A DNA stretch of 64,000 bases from an uncultured Candidatus Saccharibacteria bacterium (GTDB lineage Bacteria > Patescibacteriota > Doudnabacteria > UBA920): positions 293,609-357,608 of the forward strand of contig CAYYWQ010000001.1 in the NCBI GenBank assembly GCA_964474825.1. The letters run 5' to 3'. The notes below the pieces were generated by a model. The model was not told where the DNA came from. It saw only the letters and a list, made by a program, of their open reading frames with translations, and did no database searches. Each line of letters opens with the position of its first letter. Position 1 is the first letter of the stretch. The position numbers and the translations under genes were made by a program. Below are positions 37,539-47,278 of this stretch, in pieces.

Positions 37539-39290
37539 TTACGCAAAACCGCCGGCTTGGATTTGCCAGAGTTTTTGGTAGGTGCCTTCCTTCATTTTAA
37601 GGAGTTCTTTATGTTTTCCTTGTTCTGTTATTACGCCTTTTTCCAGGACCAAAATTCGGTCCATTTGCATTATTGTAGAGAGCCTGTGCGCAATTACAAT
37701 AACTGTTTTATTCTTCATTAAATTCTTTAAGGCATCCTGAATATAGTGTTCGCTTTCACTGTCTAAGCTTGAGGTGGCTTCGTCTAAAACCAAAATAGGC
37801 GTGTTCTTTAAAATGGCCCTGGCAATTGCTACGCGCTGCCTCTCCCCGCCGGACAGCTTGATTCCCCGCTCCCCAACAAAAGTCTGGTAGCCGTATTGCG
37901 AAGACATTATGAACTCGTGGGCATAAGCCGCCTTTGCCGCTTCTATTACTTCTTCGTCTGAGGCTAAAGGTTTTCCGTAACGGATGTTTTCCATAAGGCT
38001 CCTATGGAATAAAATTGGGTCTTGCGGGACTAAAGAAAGGCCGTCATGCAAAGAATCTTGCGTGACTTTGGAAATGTCCTGGCCGTCTATTAAAATTTTT
38101 CCGGACTGAATGTCGTGAAAACGAAACAGCAGTTTAACCAGTGTGGATTTACCACCGCCTGAAGGCCCAATTAACGCTACCCGTTCTCCCGGTTCAATAG
38201 TTAAATTAAATTTTTGCAGTACCGTACTATTTTTATAGTAAGCGAAGCCCGTGTTTTTGTATTCTATTTTCCCTTTTTTTACTAAAAGTTTACCGGCGCT
38301 TGGCGCGTCTTCCACCTCATGGGGAGTCAGTAAAATTTCCGTCATTTCGTTTGCGTCGGCCAGGGCTTCGTAAAAAGCGCGCACCTGTTTACCCATGGAC
38401 CAGAGCTTGTCGAAAATATTTATCATGTACAGCTGGATTAAAGTAAAGTCCCCCACGCTCAAAGTCCCCTGCTTCCAGTAGTTAAGGGCTATGTACATCA
38501 TAAAGGCTTCCATAATAATCATTAACGTGGCCTGCATGCCTTCCAGGTAAGTCATTAAATTCCACGAAAACCTTCTTATGGCAAAATGTTTTTGGGTAAT
38601 GTCTTTAAATTTTCCAACCTCCCGGTCCAAACTTGAAAATAGTTTGATGTTGGCATTGTTGGTAATGGTGTCCGCGAGTTGGCCAATAATTTTGGTGTCG
38701 AGCTCGGATTTTTGCAGGTCATACTTTAGCTTATACATGGAAAAGAAGTAGATGATAACTACGTACAAAATACACCAAAGCAGCATGGCTATGCCTAAAA
38801 TAGGGCTGCTTATCCATAGCATAACAACCGCAAAACTTACGGCCAGCGTGGTCCTTAAAAAGTCGTCTACCACGCGGTCGGTTATCATTTCAAAACCGCG
38901 TTCCATTTTTTTAACTTTGTTTACCAAGCTGCCAACAAAGTTGCCGGAAAAAAAGGAATAGGAATTTTTGTGCAAATATTCAAAGCAGTCATTGTTTATG
39001 TCTGCCATTACCCTAGGCTCAAAAAAGTTGGTTATAAAGTCCTTGCTCCTAAAAGCGTACGTGCGCAGGCCGCGCGCAAGCAAAATTAAAATTAAAATTT
39101 TTATAAGGGCCGAATACTTGGCCGGGTTGTAGCTGGTTAAGTTGTTAATGAACTGTTTATACAAAACCGGCCCCAGTGTTTCGCCAATGGAGTGCAAAAT
39201 TAAAAACCCCACAATACCAAAAACATGCCACTTGTATTTTAAGGCATACTTCCAATAAATTTTTAATGTTTGTTTGGTTAGGCTTTGCAT
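37539..39290 (-). CDS. ABC exporter, fused permease/ATPase
   Basis: 6 TM, GPSGGGKST, VPQDP, LSGGERQR, LDEATSSLD. Confidence 0.92.
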   Translation of the reverse strand: MQSLTKQTLKIYWKYALKYKWHVFGIVGFLILHSIGETLGPVLYKQFINNLTSYNPAKYSALIKILILILLARGLRTYAFRSKDFITNFFEPRVMADINNDCFEYLHKNSYSFFSGNFVGSLVNKVKKMERGFEMITDRVVDDFLRTTLAVSFAVVMLWISSPILGIAMLLWCILYVVIIYFFSMYKLKYDLQKSELDTKIIGQLADTITNNANIKLFSSLDREVGKFKDITQKHFAIRRFSWNLMTYLEGMQATLMIIMEAFMMYIALNYWKQGTLSVGDFTLIQLYMINIFDKLWSMGKQVRAFYEALADANEMTEILLTPHEVEDAPSAGKLLVKKGKIEYKNTGFAYYKNSTVLQKFNLTIEPGERVALIGPSGGGKSTLVKLLFRFHDIQSGKILIDGQDISKVTQDSLHDGLSLVPQDPILFHRSLMENIRYGKPLASDEEVIEAAKAAYAHEFIMSSQYGYQTFVGERGIKLSGGERQRVAIARAILKNTPILVLDEATSSLDSESEHYIQDALKNLMKNKTVIVIAHRLSTIMQMDRILVLEKGVITEQGKHKELLKMKEGTYQKLWQIQAGGFA

Positions 39291-39379
39291 AAAATAACTA
39301 TAATTTAGTATATCGCTTTTTGGCATAAAAAAACAGAGGGCGCAGCTGGTAGGCTGCGCCGCTCAAAGAGAGGTTTGGG

Positions 39380-39721
39380 TCACGCGCTGGTTGCGCATGA
39401 GTTGGAGAAAAGATGGCCGGTGATGTTGCTCAGGGCCTCTGCGGCCGTGAGGTCTGTTGGGTCCCATTCGTAAGTCATTAAATGGGACAGGTTGTTACCG
39501 GGAGCCGCCAGCAGTGCTTGAACGGCTTCATTTTGCGTCGGCGTACCTGCAAGTACCACTAGGCTCGCCTCGTACAATGGGAGGCGGAACGCTAGCTGCT
39601 CGAGGGTGTTGGCGTGGGCTTGGCCCGGAGCAGGGAGTTCTGATCTCCGCGCTAAGTCGCCGAAGTCGTTCCAAAGCGTGTCTGATCCGAAGAAAAAAAT
39701 CCTCGTCTCGTTATTTCTCAT
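39380..39721 (-). CDS. hypothetical protein, 113 aa
   Basis: GAGGG before ATG 39721; GC-richer than its neighbours; hairpin downstream. Confidence 0.55.
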   Translation of the reverse strand: MRNNETRIFFFGSDTLWNDFGDLARRSELPAPGQAHANTLEQLAFRLPLYEASLVVLAGTPTQNEAVQALLAAPGNNLSHLMTYEWDPTDLTAAEALSNITGHLFSNSCATSA

Positions 39722-39829
39722 CGTGAGTCCCTCGCTTCTGTATTTTATTACATGGTTGAATATTATAGGAAAAACAAGAAGAAAGCAACTTTGACAAAAG
39801 CCTAAAAAGAGGCGTAAGATTGGTTTACT

Positions 39830-40006
39830 ATGGCAGATACAAATGACCGTCAACGTCGTCCCGCAAGGGGTGGAAGCACCAATATCTACGATGCTCACGA
39901 TTTGCCCCGGCCAGAGCATCCGCCCACTGCTCCCGCAGCAGATAGCGATCAGCCGATGGTTTCGTCGGTCGAACCACCCAAACAGGAGGATGTTCCTCAA
40001 ACGTAG
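39830..40006 (+). CDS. small disordered protein, 58 aa
   Basis: TTGACA-18-TAAGAT promoter just upstream; MADTNDRQRRP...EDVPQT*; terminator follows. Confidence 0.55.
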   Translation: MADTNDRQRRPARGGSTNIYDAHDLPRPEHPPTAPAADSDQPMVSSVEPPKQEDVPQT

Positions 40007-40027
40007 ACAACCCGCGCAGCAAAAAGG

Positions 40028-40055
40028 AGGGTCCCAGGCTGCGCGGGACCCTTTT
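40028..40055 (+). terminator. intrinsic terminator
   Basis: AGGGTCCC-AGGCTGCGC-GGGACCCT followed by a T run. Confidence 0.75.
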
Positions 40056-40096
40056 TAAATCCTTATTTAGTTAGGATTTTTTTGTTTCTAAATTTT

Positions 40097-40825
40097 TTAA
40101 AAATAAACAGTCCCGTTAACTTGTGTTGGTGTGGGAGATGGTGTTGGCGTGGGATTGTAATAATTATTTTGCTGTTGTTGTTGGGCTTGGAAGTTTTGCG
40201 CGCCTTCGGGGGTGGACCAGGAACCGTGGAGATAGTAAATTGTGTTGTTTTGGATTAAGGCGATGCCGCTGTTGTTTGGGTTGTAGGCAACGTATTGCAA
40301 AGCAGGTTGTCCGTTTAAAGTAAAATCTGACACATATTTAACAGAAGGGCTGTTGGTTAGTATTTGGCGTAAGTCTTCCAAAGTCGCGCCGTCTTTAGGG
40401 TAGGTTTCCGCAAAACCGGTTTGCTGGGGCGTTGGGGTCGGCGTGGGTTGGTAAGTCCCGGCTCCCGCAACTTGCTCGCCGCGGGGAGTAACAGGTTGAT
40501 TGTAAACTTGGGCTGTGGGAGTAGGAGTGGGAGTTTGCTGACCTTGGGGAATTGGGGGTGTAAAGGTAGGGTTAAAGTCCGTCGGTGGGGTAAATACTTG
40601 GCGGATGTCTTCCGCGGTTTGCGTGGGTGTGGTTTTTTTAAGCTTTTTCCAGGCAAAATAAATTCCACCAGCAATTAAAACAATAACTAAAACAGCAATA
40701 CCCCAAACCACTACTGGCCTTGCGCTGTCAGTCGTAGTAATTACATGCGGATTTGCCGCGGCAACTGAGTCGTTATTCTTTTTTACTTCCTTTACTTCAA
40801 GTTTTGCTTCGTGAGTTTCGGTCAT
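40097..40825 (-). CDS. Pro/Thr/Gln-rich single-TM surface protein
   Basis: AAAGGAG SD; TM helix; PTPTPT repeats. Confidence 0.7.
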   Translation of the reverse strand: MTETHEAKLEVKEVKKNNDSVAAANPHVITTTDSARPVVVWGIAVLVIVLIAGGIYFAWKKLKKTTPTQTAEDIRQVFTPPTDFNPTFTPPIPQGQQTPTPTPTAQVYNQPVTPRGEQVAGAGTYQPTPTPTPQQTGFAETYPKDGATLEDLRQILTNSPSVKYVSDFTLNGQPALQYVAYNPNNSGIALIQNNTIYYLHGSWSTPEGAQNFQAQQQQQNNYYNPTPTPSPTPTQVNGTVYF

Positions 40826-40885
40826 AGGGTGCTCTCCTTTTGTCTGGCACGCTGGACCCAAAATAAGTTCAGGATGACAAAAAAA

Positions 40886-42421
40886 TTATTGAATTAAGCT
40901 TTTTCCGGTCATGGACTTGGGCTGAGGTAAATTCATTAGCTGTAAAATTGTGGGAGCTATGTCCGCTAAAGTAGAATTGCCGGACTGTAGCTGGTAGTTA
41001 GTAGGAGGTAGGGCTGACACTAAAATAAAAGGGACTAAATTTAGGGTGTGGGCGGTGTGTTTTTCCCCGGAAACTTCGTCTATATTTACTTCCGCGTTGC
41101 CGTGGTCTGCTGTAATAATCGCTATTCCGCCGTGGCTTGTTACGGCTTCTACAACCCTTTTTAGCTGGGAATCTACCGTTTCTACTGCGGTAATAATGGC
41201 CGGAACATTGGCTGTGTGGCCTACCATGTCGGCATTGGCAAAGTTCATAACTATAAAATCGTTTCCCGCGGCAATTTGTTCCACTGCTTTTTCTGCTATT
41301 TCTTTGGCGCGCATTTCCGGGGCTTGGTCGTGGGTGGCCACGTCTTTGCGGCTTTCTATTAAAAAGTGGCTCTCTCCTTCGTGCGGGGTTTGCTTACCGC
41401 CGTTAAAAAAGAAAGTTACGTGGCCGTATTTTTCTGTTTCCGCAATGTGCGCTTGTTTGAGTCCTGCCTGGCTAATTTCCGCGGCAAGTGTTGTGTCTGC
41501 TTTTTGCGGCGGAAATGCAACCACGGATTCTATTTCCGGGTGATACTCTGTCATAGTTACAAAAAACAAATTTTGTTTTTTGGCCCGCTCCACAATTTTG
41601 TAAGAAAGCTGTCTTGGTCTGTCTGTCCTGTAATTAAAAAAGAACACACCGTCGTTGTCGCTAATAGGATACGCCTTACCGCTTTCGTCCAAAAAAACCA
41701 CTGGCTCTAAATATTCGTCCATTGCGCCTTCTTTATACAGCTCTTTTAAAACCGCGGACGGTTTTTGTTTGTGAATTTTTCCTTTGCCTTCAAACACTGC
41801 AGCTTCGGCTTTTTCTGTTCTTTGCCAGTGCTTGTCGCGGTCCATGGCAAAATAGCGGCCGGTTGCTGTGGCAATATGGCCAATTCCTAAATCCTCTATA
41901 ACTTTTTCCAGCTCTTCCAAATATTTGTAATTGTCCTGCGGCGGCGCGTCACGCCCGTCTGTAAAAGCATGAATAGCAACTTTGGTTATGCCTGCCTCTT
42001 TGGCAGCTTTTAAAATTCCATGCAAATGTTCCTGATGGCTGTGAACCCCTGCCGGACTAAGTAGTCCTAAAAGATGCAGCGTAGAGTTGTGTTTTTTTAC
42101 GTGGTCAAAAAGTTGTTTTATTGCATGGTTGTCTTTAAGCTCGTTGTTGGCTATGGCTTTGGAAATTCTAACAAGTTCGGTATCTATTGTTCTCCCCGCT
42201 CCCATAGTCATATGTCCAATTTCGCTGTTGCCAATAGTTTCCTTAGGAAGACCCACAGCCTCGGCAGAAGCATGTAGCAGCGTATGCGGATACTTTGCCC
42301 AAAGCGCGTTGAAAAAAGGCGTCTTAGCCTGGTTAATGGCATTATTGTCATTTTCATCCCTCATTCCCCAACCGTCCAAAATAATTAAAACCACTGGTTT
42401 TGGCCTATGTTCTAGTGTCAT
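40886..42421 (-). CDS. gpmI: 2,3-bisphosphoglycerate-independent phosphoglycerate mutase
   Basis: ILDGWG, GNSEIGH, DGRD, GRYFAMDRD, AETEKY, DMVGH, TADHGN. Confidence 0.96.
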   Translation of the reverse strand: MTLEHRPKPVVLIILDGWGMRDENDNNAINQAKTPFFNALWAKYPHTLLHASAEAVGLPKETIGNSEIGHMTMGAGRTIDTELVRISKAIANNELKDNHAIKQLFDHVKKHNSTLHLLGLLSPAGVHSHQEHLHGILKAAKEAGITKVAIHAFTDGRDAPPQDNYKYLEELEKVIEDLGIGHIATATGRYFAMDRDKHWQRTEKAEAAVFEGKGKIHKQKPSAVLKELYKEGAMDEYLEPVVFLDESGKAYPISDNDGVFFFNYRTDRPRQLSYKIVERAKKQNLFFVTMTEYHPEIESVVAFPPQKADTTLAAEISQAGLKQAHIAETEKYGHVTFFFNGGKQTPHEGESHFLIESRKDVATHDQAPEMRAKEIAEKAVEQIAAGNDFIVMNFANADMVGHTANVPAIITAVETVDSQLKRVVEAVTSHGGIAIITADHGNAEVNIDEVSGEKHTAHTLNLVPFILVSALPPTNYQLQSGNSTLADIAPTILQLMNLPQPKSMTGKSLIQ

Positions 42422-42483
42422 ATTATATGTATTCTACCAAAAAACTCCCGCTTCCGCGAGAGTTCATTTTTCACAGTTTAAGA

Positions 42484-43035
42484 TTAAACAATAGCCCTAG
42501 CTACCAGGGCAATAAGTATAATCCCGCCGGCGTTGCACACAAAAGAAATTAGAGCAAAGGTAAAGTTGTTGGTTTTGGAAAAACCCATTACTGCTAATCC
42601 CAGTTCGTCGGGAAGGGGTGACGCAATTATTAAGCCGCCGATTAAAGTTAAAAAAACTTTAAAAATCGGAGATTTAAAAATTTGTTTCCAGCGTTTTATT
42701 TTTGCCAGCTTAAATAAGTAATTTAAATCATCCGTAACATTGTCGCGGAAGAAGCTAAAAAGAATAAAGTCGCCGACCAAGGCACCAAGCCCACCTATTA
42801 TTGCCATTTGTGGCAAAGGCATGACCAAAGCCATTTCGCCTAAAACAACAGTAGCGGGCACTGTGGTAAATACAGAAGTAAAAAGCATTCCTGCCAAAAA
42901 TACCCCAAAATATTCTAAGCCCTGGGATTTAAGAAGCAAGTGAGCAATCCAGCCGGTTTTTAGCAGCAGTAAGCCAAAAATAATACTGACAAGAATTATT
43001 AGTAAATCTTTTTTTAGTTTTTTGTTTTGATTCAT
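42484..43035 (-). CDS. hypothetical membrane protein
   Basis: Multi-TM; FTS.FT, GALVGD, IASPLPDELG. Confidence 0.75.
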   Translation of the reverse strand: MNQNKKLKKDLLIILVSIIFGLLLLKTGWIAHLLLKSQGLEYFGVFLAGMLFTSVFTTVPATVVLGEMALVMPLPQMAIIGGLGALVGDFILFSFFRDNVTDDLNYLFKLAKIKRWKQIFKSPIFKVFLTLIGGLIIASPLPDELGLAVMGFSKTNNFTFALISFVCNAGGIILIALVARAIV

Positions 43036-43165
43036 ATTGTTTTGAGATTATAACAAAAAACCAGCTCTTTTACGAGCTGGTTTTTTGGCAGCAGTTGTTG
43101 GATGTGTTTAGAACTGTGAATTGGAAAGAAGTAAACACCGAGCTGCAGTTATTACCTATTTATAC

Positions 43166-43441
43166 TTAGCCAATGGGAGGTTGTGGAGCGGTATTATCTT
43201 TGCCGAAAATTACTAAATACAAAACCGTTATAACTGAAATAGCCATTAGTAACAATGTAAGCGTCGCCAACCACTGATTTTTTGTTATCATAGCTATTAC
43301 GTTTATTGCCCCTGTGACCAAGAAAAGTATACCTAAATTGATAACTTTTCTACCTGACAGCGTCCTTTTTGAGGATATTTGAACGCTCTTCTTGGCAATT
43401 ATAGCTATGCCAAGAATAATAAAGGTTGCTGCTAAGAGCAT
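43166..43441 (-). CDS. hypothetical small membrane protein
   Basis: 3 TM, low GC. Confidence 0.6.
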   Translation of the reverse strand: MLLAATFIILGIAIIAKKSVQISSKRTLSGRKVINLGILFLVTGAINVIAMITKNQWLATLTLLLMAISVITVLYLVIFGKDNTAPQPPIG

Positions 43442-43460
43442 ATTTTTGTTTTTTAATAAT

Positions 43461-44108
43461 TTAAAAGTTTTGTATTAACGCTGGTCCTAAATTTGTGTAG
43501 ATTACAAACGCAACGAAAGGAAGAAAGGCTGTAACCATACTTGCAAGTATGATAATTAAATAGGACTGATAATACTGCCAGTTTGCATAAAAAGAATTGC
43601 CAAAATTTTTAATATGCTCTTGTATACGGGAATCAACATTAACTTGTGGATTGAGTTGTTGTATGGTAGTAACTAAATTGGTATTAACTGGATAAAGAGG
43701 AAATGGTTTAGTTTCACCACTCAAAATGTTGAAATATGGAATAGCTAAAGGTTGAACAGGTCTCCCTGAATGAGCAAAAAGTCCTTTGTGATTAAATTCT
43801 TCGGGTAACATTTGTTTTATAGTTGAAACCTCTATACTTCTGGGATTACTTAGAAAAGCTCCGTATTCTTTTAATACGTTACCTTCGAGCCTTATATTAT
43901 AAGTCAAATAGCGCAACACATAGCAAATGAAACTTATAGTTACTATCACTATCCATAGGTAAGCTCCTAACCTAAATGCGAAGTGGTTATTTAGAACAGG
44001 TATTTTCTGATACGTATACAGAGAAAGCCCTGCTACTATAATGGAAATTATAATATAATAAAAAAATAATACTAACAATTTGCCATTTAGTCTAAATGTA
44101 TTGTTCAT
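43461..44108 (-). CDS. hypothetical membrane protein
   Basis: 2 TM, soluble beta-rich region, 1 TM; low GC. Confidence 0.65.
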   Translation of the reverse strand: MNNTFRLNGKLLVLFFYYIIISIIVAGLSLYTYQKIPVLNNHFAFRLGAYLWIVIVTISFICYVLRYLTYNIRLEGNVLKEYGAFLSNPRSIEVSTIKQMLPEEFNHKGLFAHSGRPVQPLAIPYFNILSGETKPFPLYPVNTNLVTTIQQLNPQVNVDSRIQEHIKNFGNSFYANWQYYQSYLIIILASMVTAFLPFVAFVIYTNLGPALIQNF

Positions 44109-44222
44109 TGTATAAGGTATTATACTGAGTAAAGCATAGCAGATTGTTAAAGCACCTCCAAATTAAGGTAAATTTTGAAAATTTTGTATTCAAAAATAGC
44201 ACAAAAATTTTTGTGCTATTTT

Positions 44223-44296
44223 TGGCAGGGGCGGTAGGAATCGAACCCACGCAAGCGGTTTTGGAGACCGCTGTACTACCATTATACGACGCCCCC
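44223..44296 (-). tRNA. tRNA-Trp(CCA)
   Basis: Cloverleaf, anticodon loop CTCCAAA, GGTTCGATTCC, encoded CCA end. Confidence 0.95.
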
Positions 44297-44383
44297 ATAA
44301 AAAATAACTGATAACAATAAATTTATAACCAATAACGGTTGGCTAGTTATAAGTTATTAATTATCAGTTATTTGTCGGAGATG

Positions 44384-44551
44384 CTATTTAGTTTCTTTGT
44401 GCAAAGTTTTCTTTTTGCAGAATTTGCAGAACTTTTGGAGTTCCAAACGTTTTTTGGCGCCGGGGTTGTTTTTGCCTTTGCTTTTCTTGGTTTGATAATT
44501 TAAGTTATGGCAAACCGTACACTCCATGTTTATTAAGCTGTCTTGGGACAT
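44384..44551 (-). CDS. rpmG: 50S ribosomal protein L33 (Zn-binding form)
   Basis: MECTVC..NYQTKK...[18 protein letters not shown]; start moved to 44551. Confidence 0.92.
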   Translation of the reverse strand: MSQDSLINMECTVCHNLNYQTKKSKGKNNPGAKKRLELQKFCKFCKKKTLHKETK

Positions 44552-44617
44552 AGAATTAATTGAAAGATTTAATAATTGAAAGATTGAAAGATTAACTCGG
44601 CGAAAGATAATCTCTTG

Positions 44618-44745
44618 CCATCGTGAGGATCCGTCCTCGATGGTACTTGTGCTTGCACTGTCACCCTTCGCTAAAGCTACGGGTGACACACTTACTAAAG
44701 CTGCAAGTGATGTGGCCAAAGGCCACACGAAGCTTTAGCGAAGTG
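44618..44745. repeat. cluster of REP-like hairpins
   Basis: Three copies of a CTTCGCTAAAGCT-like unit (two forward, one inverted), each within or next to small stems. Confidence 0.6.
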
Positions 44746-44821
44746 TGGAGCCAGCTGTCGGACTCGAACCGACCACCTACGGTTTACAAAACCGTTGCTC
44801 TACCAGATGAGCTAAGCTGGC
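44746..44821 (-). tRNA. tRNA-Thr(TGT)
   Basis: Cloverleaf, anticodon TGT, GGTTCGAGTCC, CCA end. Confidence 0.95.
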
Positions 44822-44929
44822 GTGTTTTCTTTAACAGCTCAATGCATTTTAACATAAACCCTTAAAAAAATCCAGTCTTCCAATATCCCCGCTTTTTTGT
44901 TATAATCTCTAAGTATTAAAAACCAAGTT

Positions 44930-45187
44930 ATGCAATTACTTCCACAACCCCAGGACTCTAATAGCGCGGCCAAGTTTAAGCTGTATGGCTTTCCAGACGA
45001 AGCTTTGGTAACTATGGCTTTGCAAGATTTTTACCGCACTAGCGCGGAGACTCCGCGTGATTTTTTAATTTACAATATGTTTGAAGAGCTTATTTTTACG
45101 GGAACTATGGCTGCGGATGCCCAAGTATTAAAATTAGAATCTAAAAATAGAATAGAAGAAAAAGCAGTTTACAAAAAGGAGGACTAA
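44930..45187 (+). CDS. hypothetical protein
   Basis: 85-aa ORF with TGTTATAAT promoter upstream. Confidence 0.55.
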   Translation: MQLLPQPQDSNSAAKFKLYGFPDEALVTMALQDFYRTSAETPRDFLIYNMFEELIFTGTMAADAQVLKLESKNRIEEKAVYKKED

Positions 45188-45277
45188 CCCTCTAATTTTT
45201 AAAATAAAAAAATGATTGAAATTTTCACGGCCGTGTAAAATTCAATCATTGGTTAAAATAATTAATTTCGATAAATA

Positions 45278-46531
45278 ATGTCATACAAAGTTAAAGATAT
45301 AAAGTTAGCAGAAGCAGGAAGAAACAAAATAGCATGGGCAGAACGCGAAATGCCTGTGCTGGCAATGATCGCGGCAGATTTTAAAAAGAATAAGCCATTT
45401 AAGGGCTTAACTATTGCCGCATGTTTGCATGTAACCAAAGAAACCGCTGTTTTGGTTAAGGCTTTGGTTGTTGGCGGCGCAGAAGTTGTTATTTGCGGCA
45501 GTAATCCCCTTTCCACACAGGACGACGTAGCCGCGGCACTAGCCAAAGACGGGGTAAACGTATTTGCCTGGAAAGGAATTTCCAACAAAGACTATTACAC
45601 CTGCTTGAACAAAGTTTTAGACTTTAATCCCCAAATTACAATAGACGATGGCGCGGATTTAATTTCTCTAATTCATTCAGAACGTAAAGAGCAGCTTAAA
45701 ACTGTTTGGGCCGGGCAGGAAGAAACCACCACAGGAGTTATTCGTTTAAAAGCCATGGCTAAAGACGGCGCGTTAAAGTATCCGGTTGTAGCGGTTAACG
45801 ACACCCCAACCAAACATATGTTCGACAACTACTATGGCACAGGCCAAAGCACAATGGACGGCTTGCTTAGGGCCACCAATATTTTACTTTCCGGCCGCGT
45901 TGTAGTAATTGCCGGGTACGGCTATTGCGGTCGCGGTATGGCTCTTAGAGCACACGGCTTGGGCGCGCGCGTAATTGTTACAGAAGTAGACCCTCTCCCT
46001 GCTTTAAAAGCCGCCATGGATGGTTTTGAGGTTATGCCAATGACAGCGGCGGCTAAAGTTGGCGACGTGTTTTTAACAGCTACCGGGGACAAGGATGTTA
46101 TTACATCCTCTCATTTTAAGTTAATGAAAGACGGCGCGATTTTAGGAAACAGCGGACACTTTAATGTAGAAATAAATGTGCCGGATTTGGAAAAATTGTC
46201 TAAATCTCAAAAAACTGTTCGCGACCAGTTTGAAGAATATACCTTAAAGAATGGAAGAAAGTTGTATCTTATTGCGGAGGGTAGGTTAATGAACCTAGCC
46301 GCAGCGGAAGGTCACCCTAGCGCTGTAATGGACATGTCTTTTGCGGACCAAGCTTTAACCTGCGAGTGGTTAGTAAAAAGTTATAAAAAATTACACCCGG
46401 GCGTGTTAGATGTTCCAACAGAAATAGACGAAACCGTGTCCCGCCTAAAACTCCAAGCCATGGGCGTAAAAATTGACAAGCTAACTCCTGAACAGAAAAA
46501 GTATTTGACGAGCTGGACTGAGGGAACGTAG
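45278..46531 (+). CDS. ahcY: adenosylhomocysteinase
   Basis: WAEREMPVL, CLHVT, SNPLSTQD, DDGAD, EETTTG, FDNYYG, GHFN, GRLMNL..AEGHP. Confidence 0.96.
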   Translation: MSYKVKDIKLAEAGRNKIAWAEREMPVLAMIAADFKKNKPFKGLTIAACLHVTKETAVLVKALVVGGAEVVICGSNPLSTQDDVAAALAKDGVNVFAWKGISNKDYYTCLNKVLDFNPQITIDDGADLISLIHSERKEQLKTVWAGQEETTTGVIRLKAMAKDGALKYPVVAVNDTPTKHMFDNYYGTGQSTMDGLLRATNILLSGRVVVIAGYGYCGRGMALRAHGLGARVIVTEVDPLPALKAAMDGFEVMPMTAAAKVGDVFLTATGDKDVITSSHFKLMKDGAILGNSGHFNVEINVPDLEKLSKSQKTVRDQFEEYTLKNGRKLYLIAEGRLMNLAAAEGHPSAVMDMSFADQALTCEWLVKSYKKLHPGVLDVPTEIDETVSRLKLQAMGVKIDKLTPEQKKYLTSWTEGT

Positions 46532-46611
46532 GGAGAGTGATTAGTGGATAGTGAATAGTGATTAGAAAAAGCTCAAGCCAAAGGCTTGAGCTTTTGAGTT
46601 TATACTTAGGT

Positions 46612-46893
46612 TTAAGACTTAGAGTTTTTGTATTCTTCAAGAGCATTTAGAGAGTCTTGTTTTATCATTTGGAATTCTTCGGGAGTAATTTCCACGTATC
46701 TTCTTGCGGCGGCAAATAACTCATCTGCTCCGTGAGCGCTAGCTAAATTTGCCAATACCTCGTTGCTATTTGATCCAGGGCTTTTTTCCTCTATAAATTG
46801 ATATAGCGATACAATGAGTTCATTGTGTACATGGGGGTCTTTGTCCCAATTTTTTGGTCCTTGTTCACGCCCAAGCCCTATTTGTTCTGACAT
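46612..46893 (-). CDS. hypothetical protein
   Basis: 93-aa ORF with GGAG SD. Confidence 0.55.
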   Translation of the reverse strand: MSEQIGLGREQGPKNWDKDPHVHNELIVSLYQFIEEKSPGSNSNEVLANLASAHGADELFAAARRYVEITPEEFQMIKQDSLNALEEYKNSKS

Positions 46894-47057
46894 AATTGCT
46901 CCATGAATTTACTATTTTAGATTATTAAGTTATTAACTTTAATATAAATATAACAAATTTTAATTTAAAAGGGAATTTGAATACTAATAAGCCCGATCTT
47001 TTTTAGTTGATATTTTCTTATGGAAATGTTAGAATATCACAAGTAAAATCTATTTTA

Positions 47058-47144
47058 GGGCGGTTCGTATAGTGGCAATTACATCGCGCTGTAGACGCGA
47101 CGGCCTTTCGGCCTCCGGGGGTTCGAGTCCCTCACCGCCCACCA
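47058..47144 (+). tRNA. tRNA-Tyr(GTA)
   Basis: Anticodon loop CTGTAGA, long variable arm GGCC-TTTC-GGCC, GGTTCGAGTCC, ACCA end. Confidence 0.95.
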
Positions 47145-47145
47145 A

Positions 47146-47182
47146 AATAAAATACTCAACCATAGGTTGAGTATTTTATTTT
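47146..47182. terminator. terminator after tRNA-Tyr
   Basis: AATAAAATACTCAACC-ATA-GGTTGAGTATTTTATT. Confidence 0.75.
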
Positions 47183-47278
47183 GTCCCGAGCGAGTTCCGC
47201 GCAAGCGGAACGAGTCGAGGGGCACAAATCTAGAATTTCCGCGTGTAATCAGCGTTGCTATCTGCGTGTGTTCCGCGT

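Noticed and set aside
39722-40000. N-terminal extension of ORF 39380..40000 and other long antisense ORFs in the track
   Set aside because: They overlap promoters or well-supported genes on the opposite strand and are shadow ORFs.
44092-44298. ORFs overlapping tRNAs (44092-44298, 44623-44865, 49811-50002)
   Set aside because: Explained by the tRNA genes.
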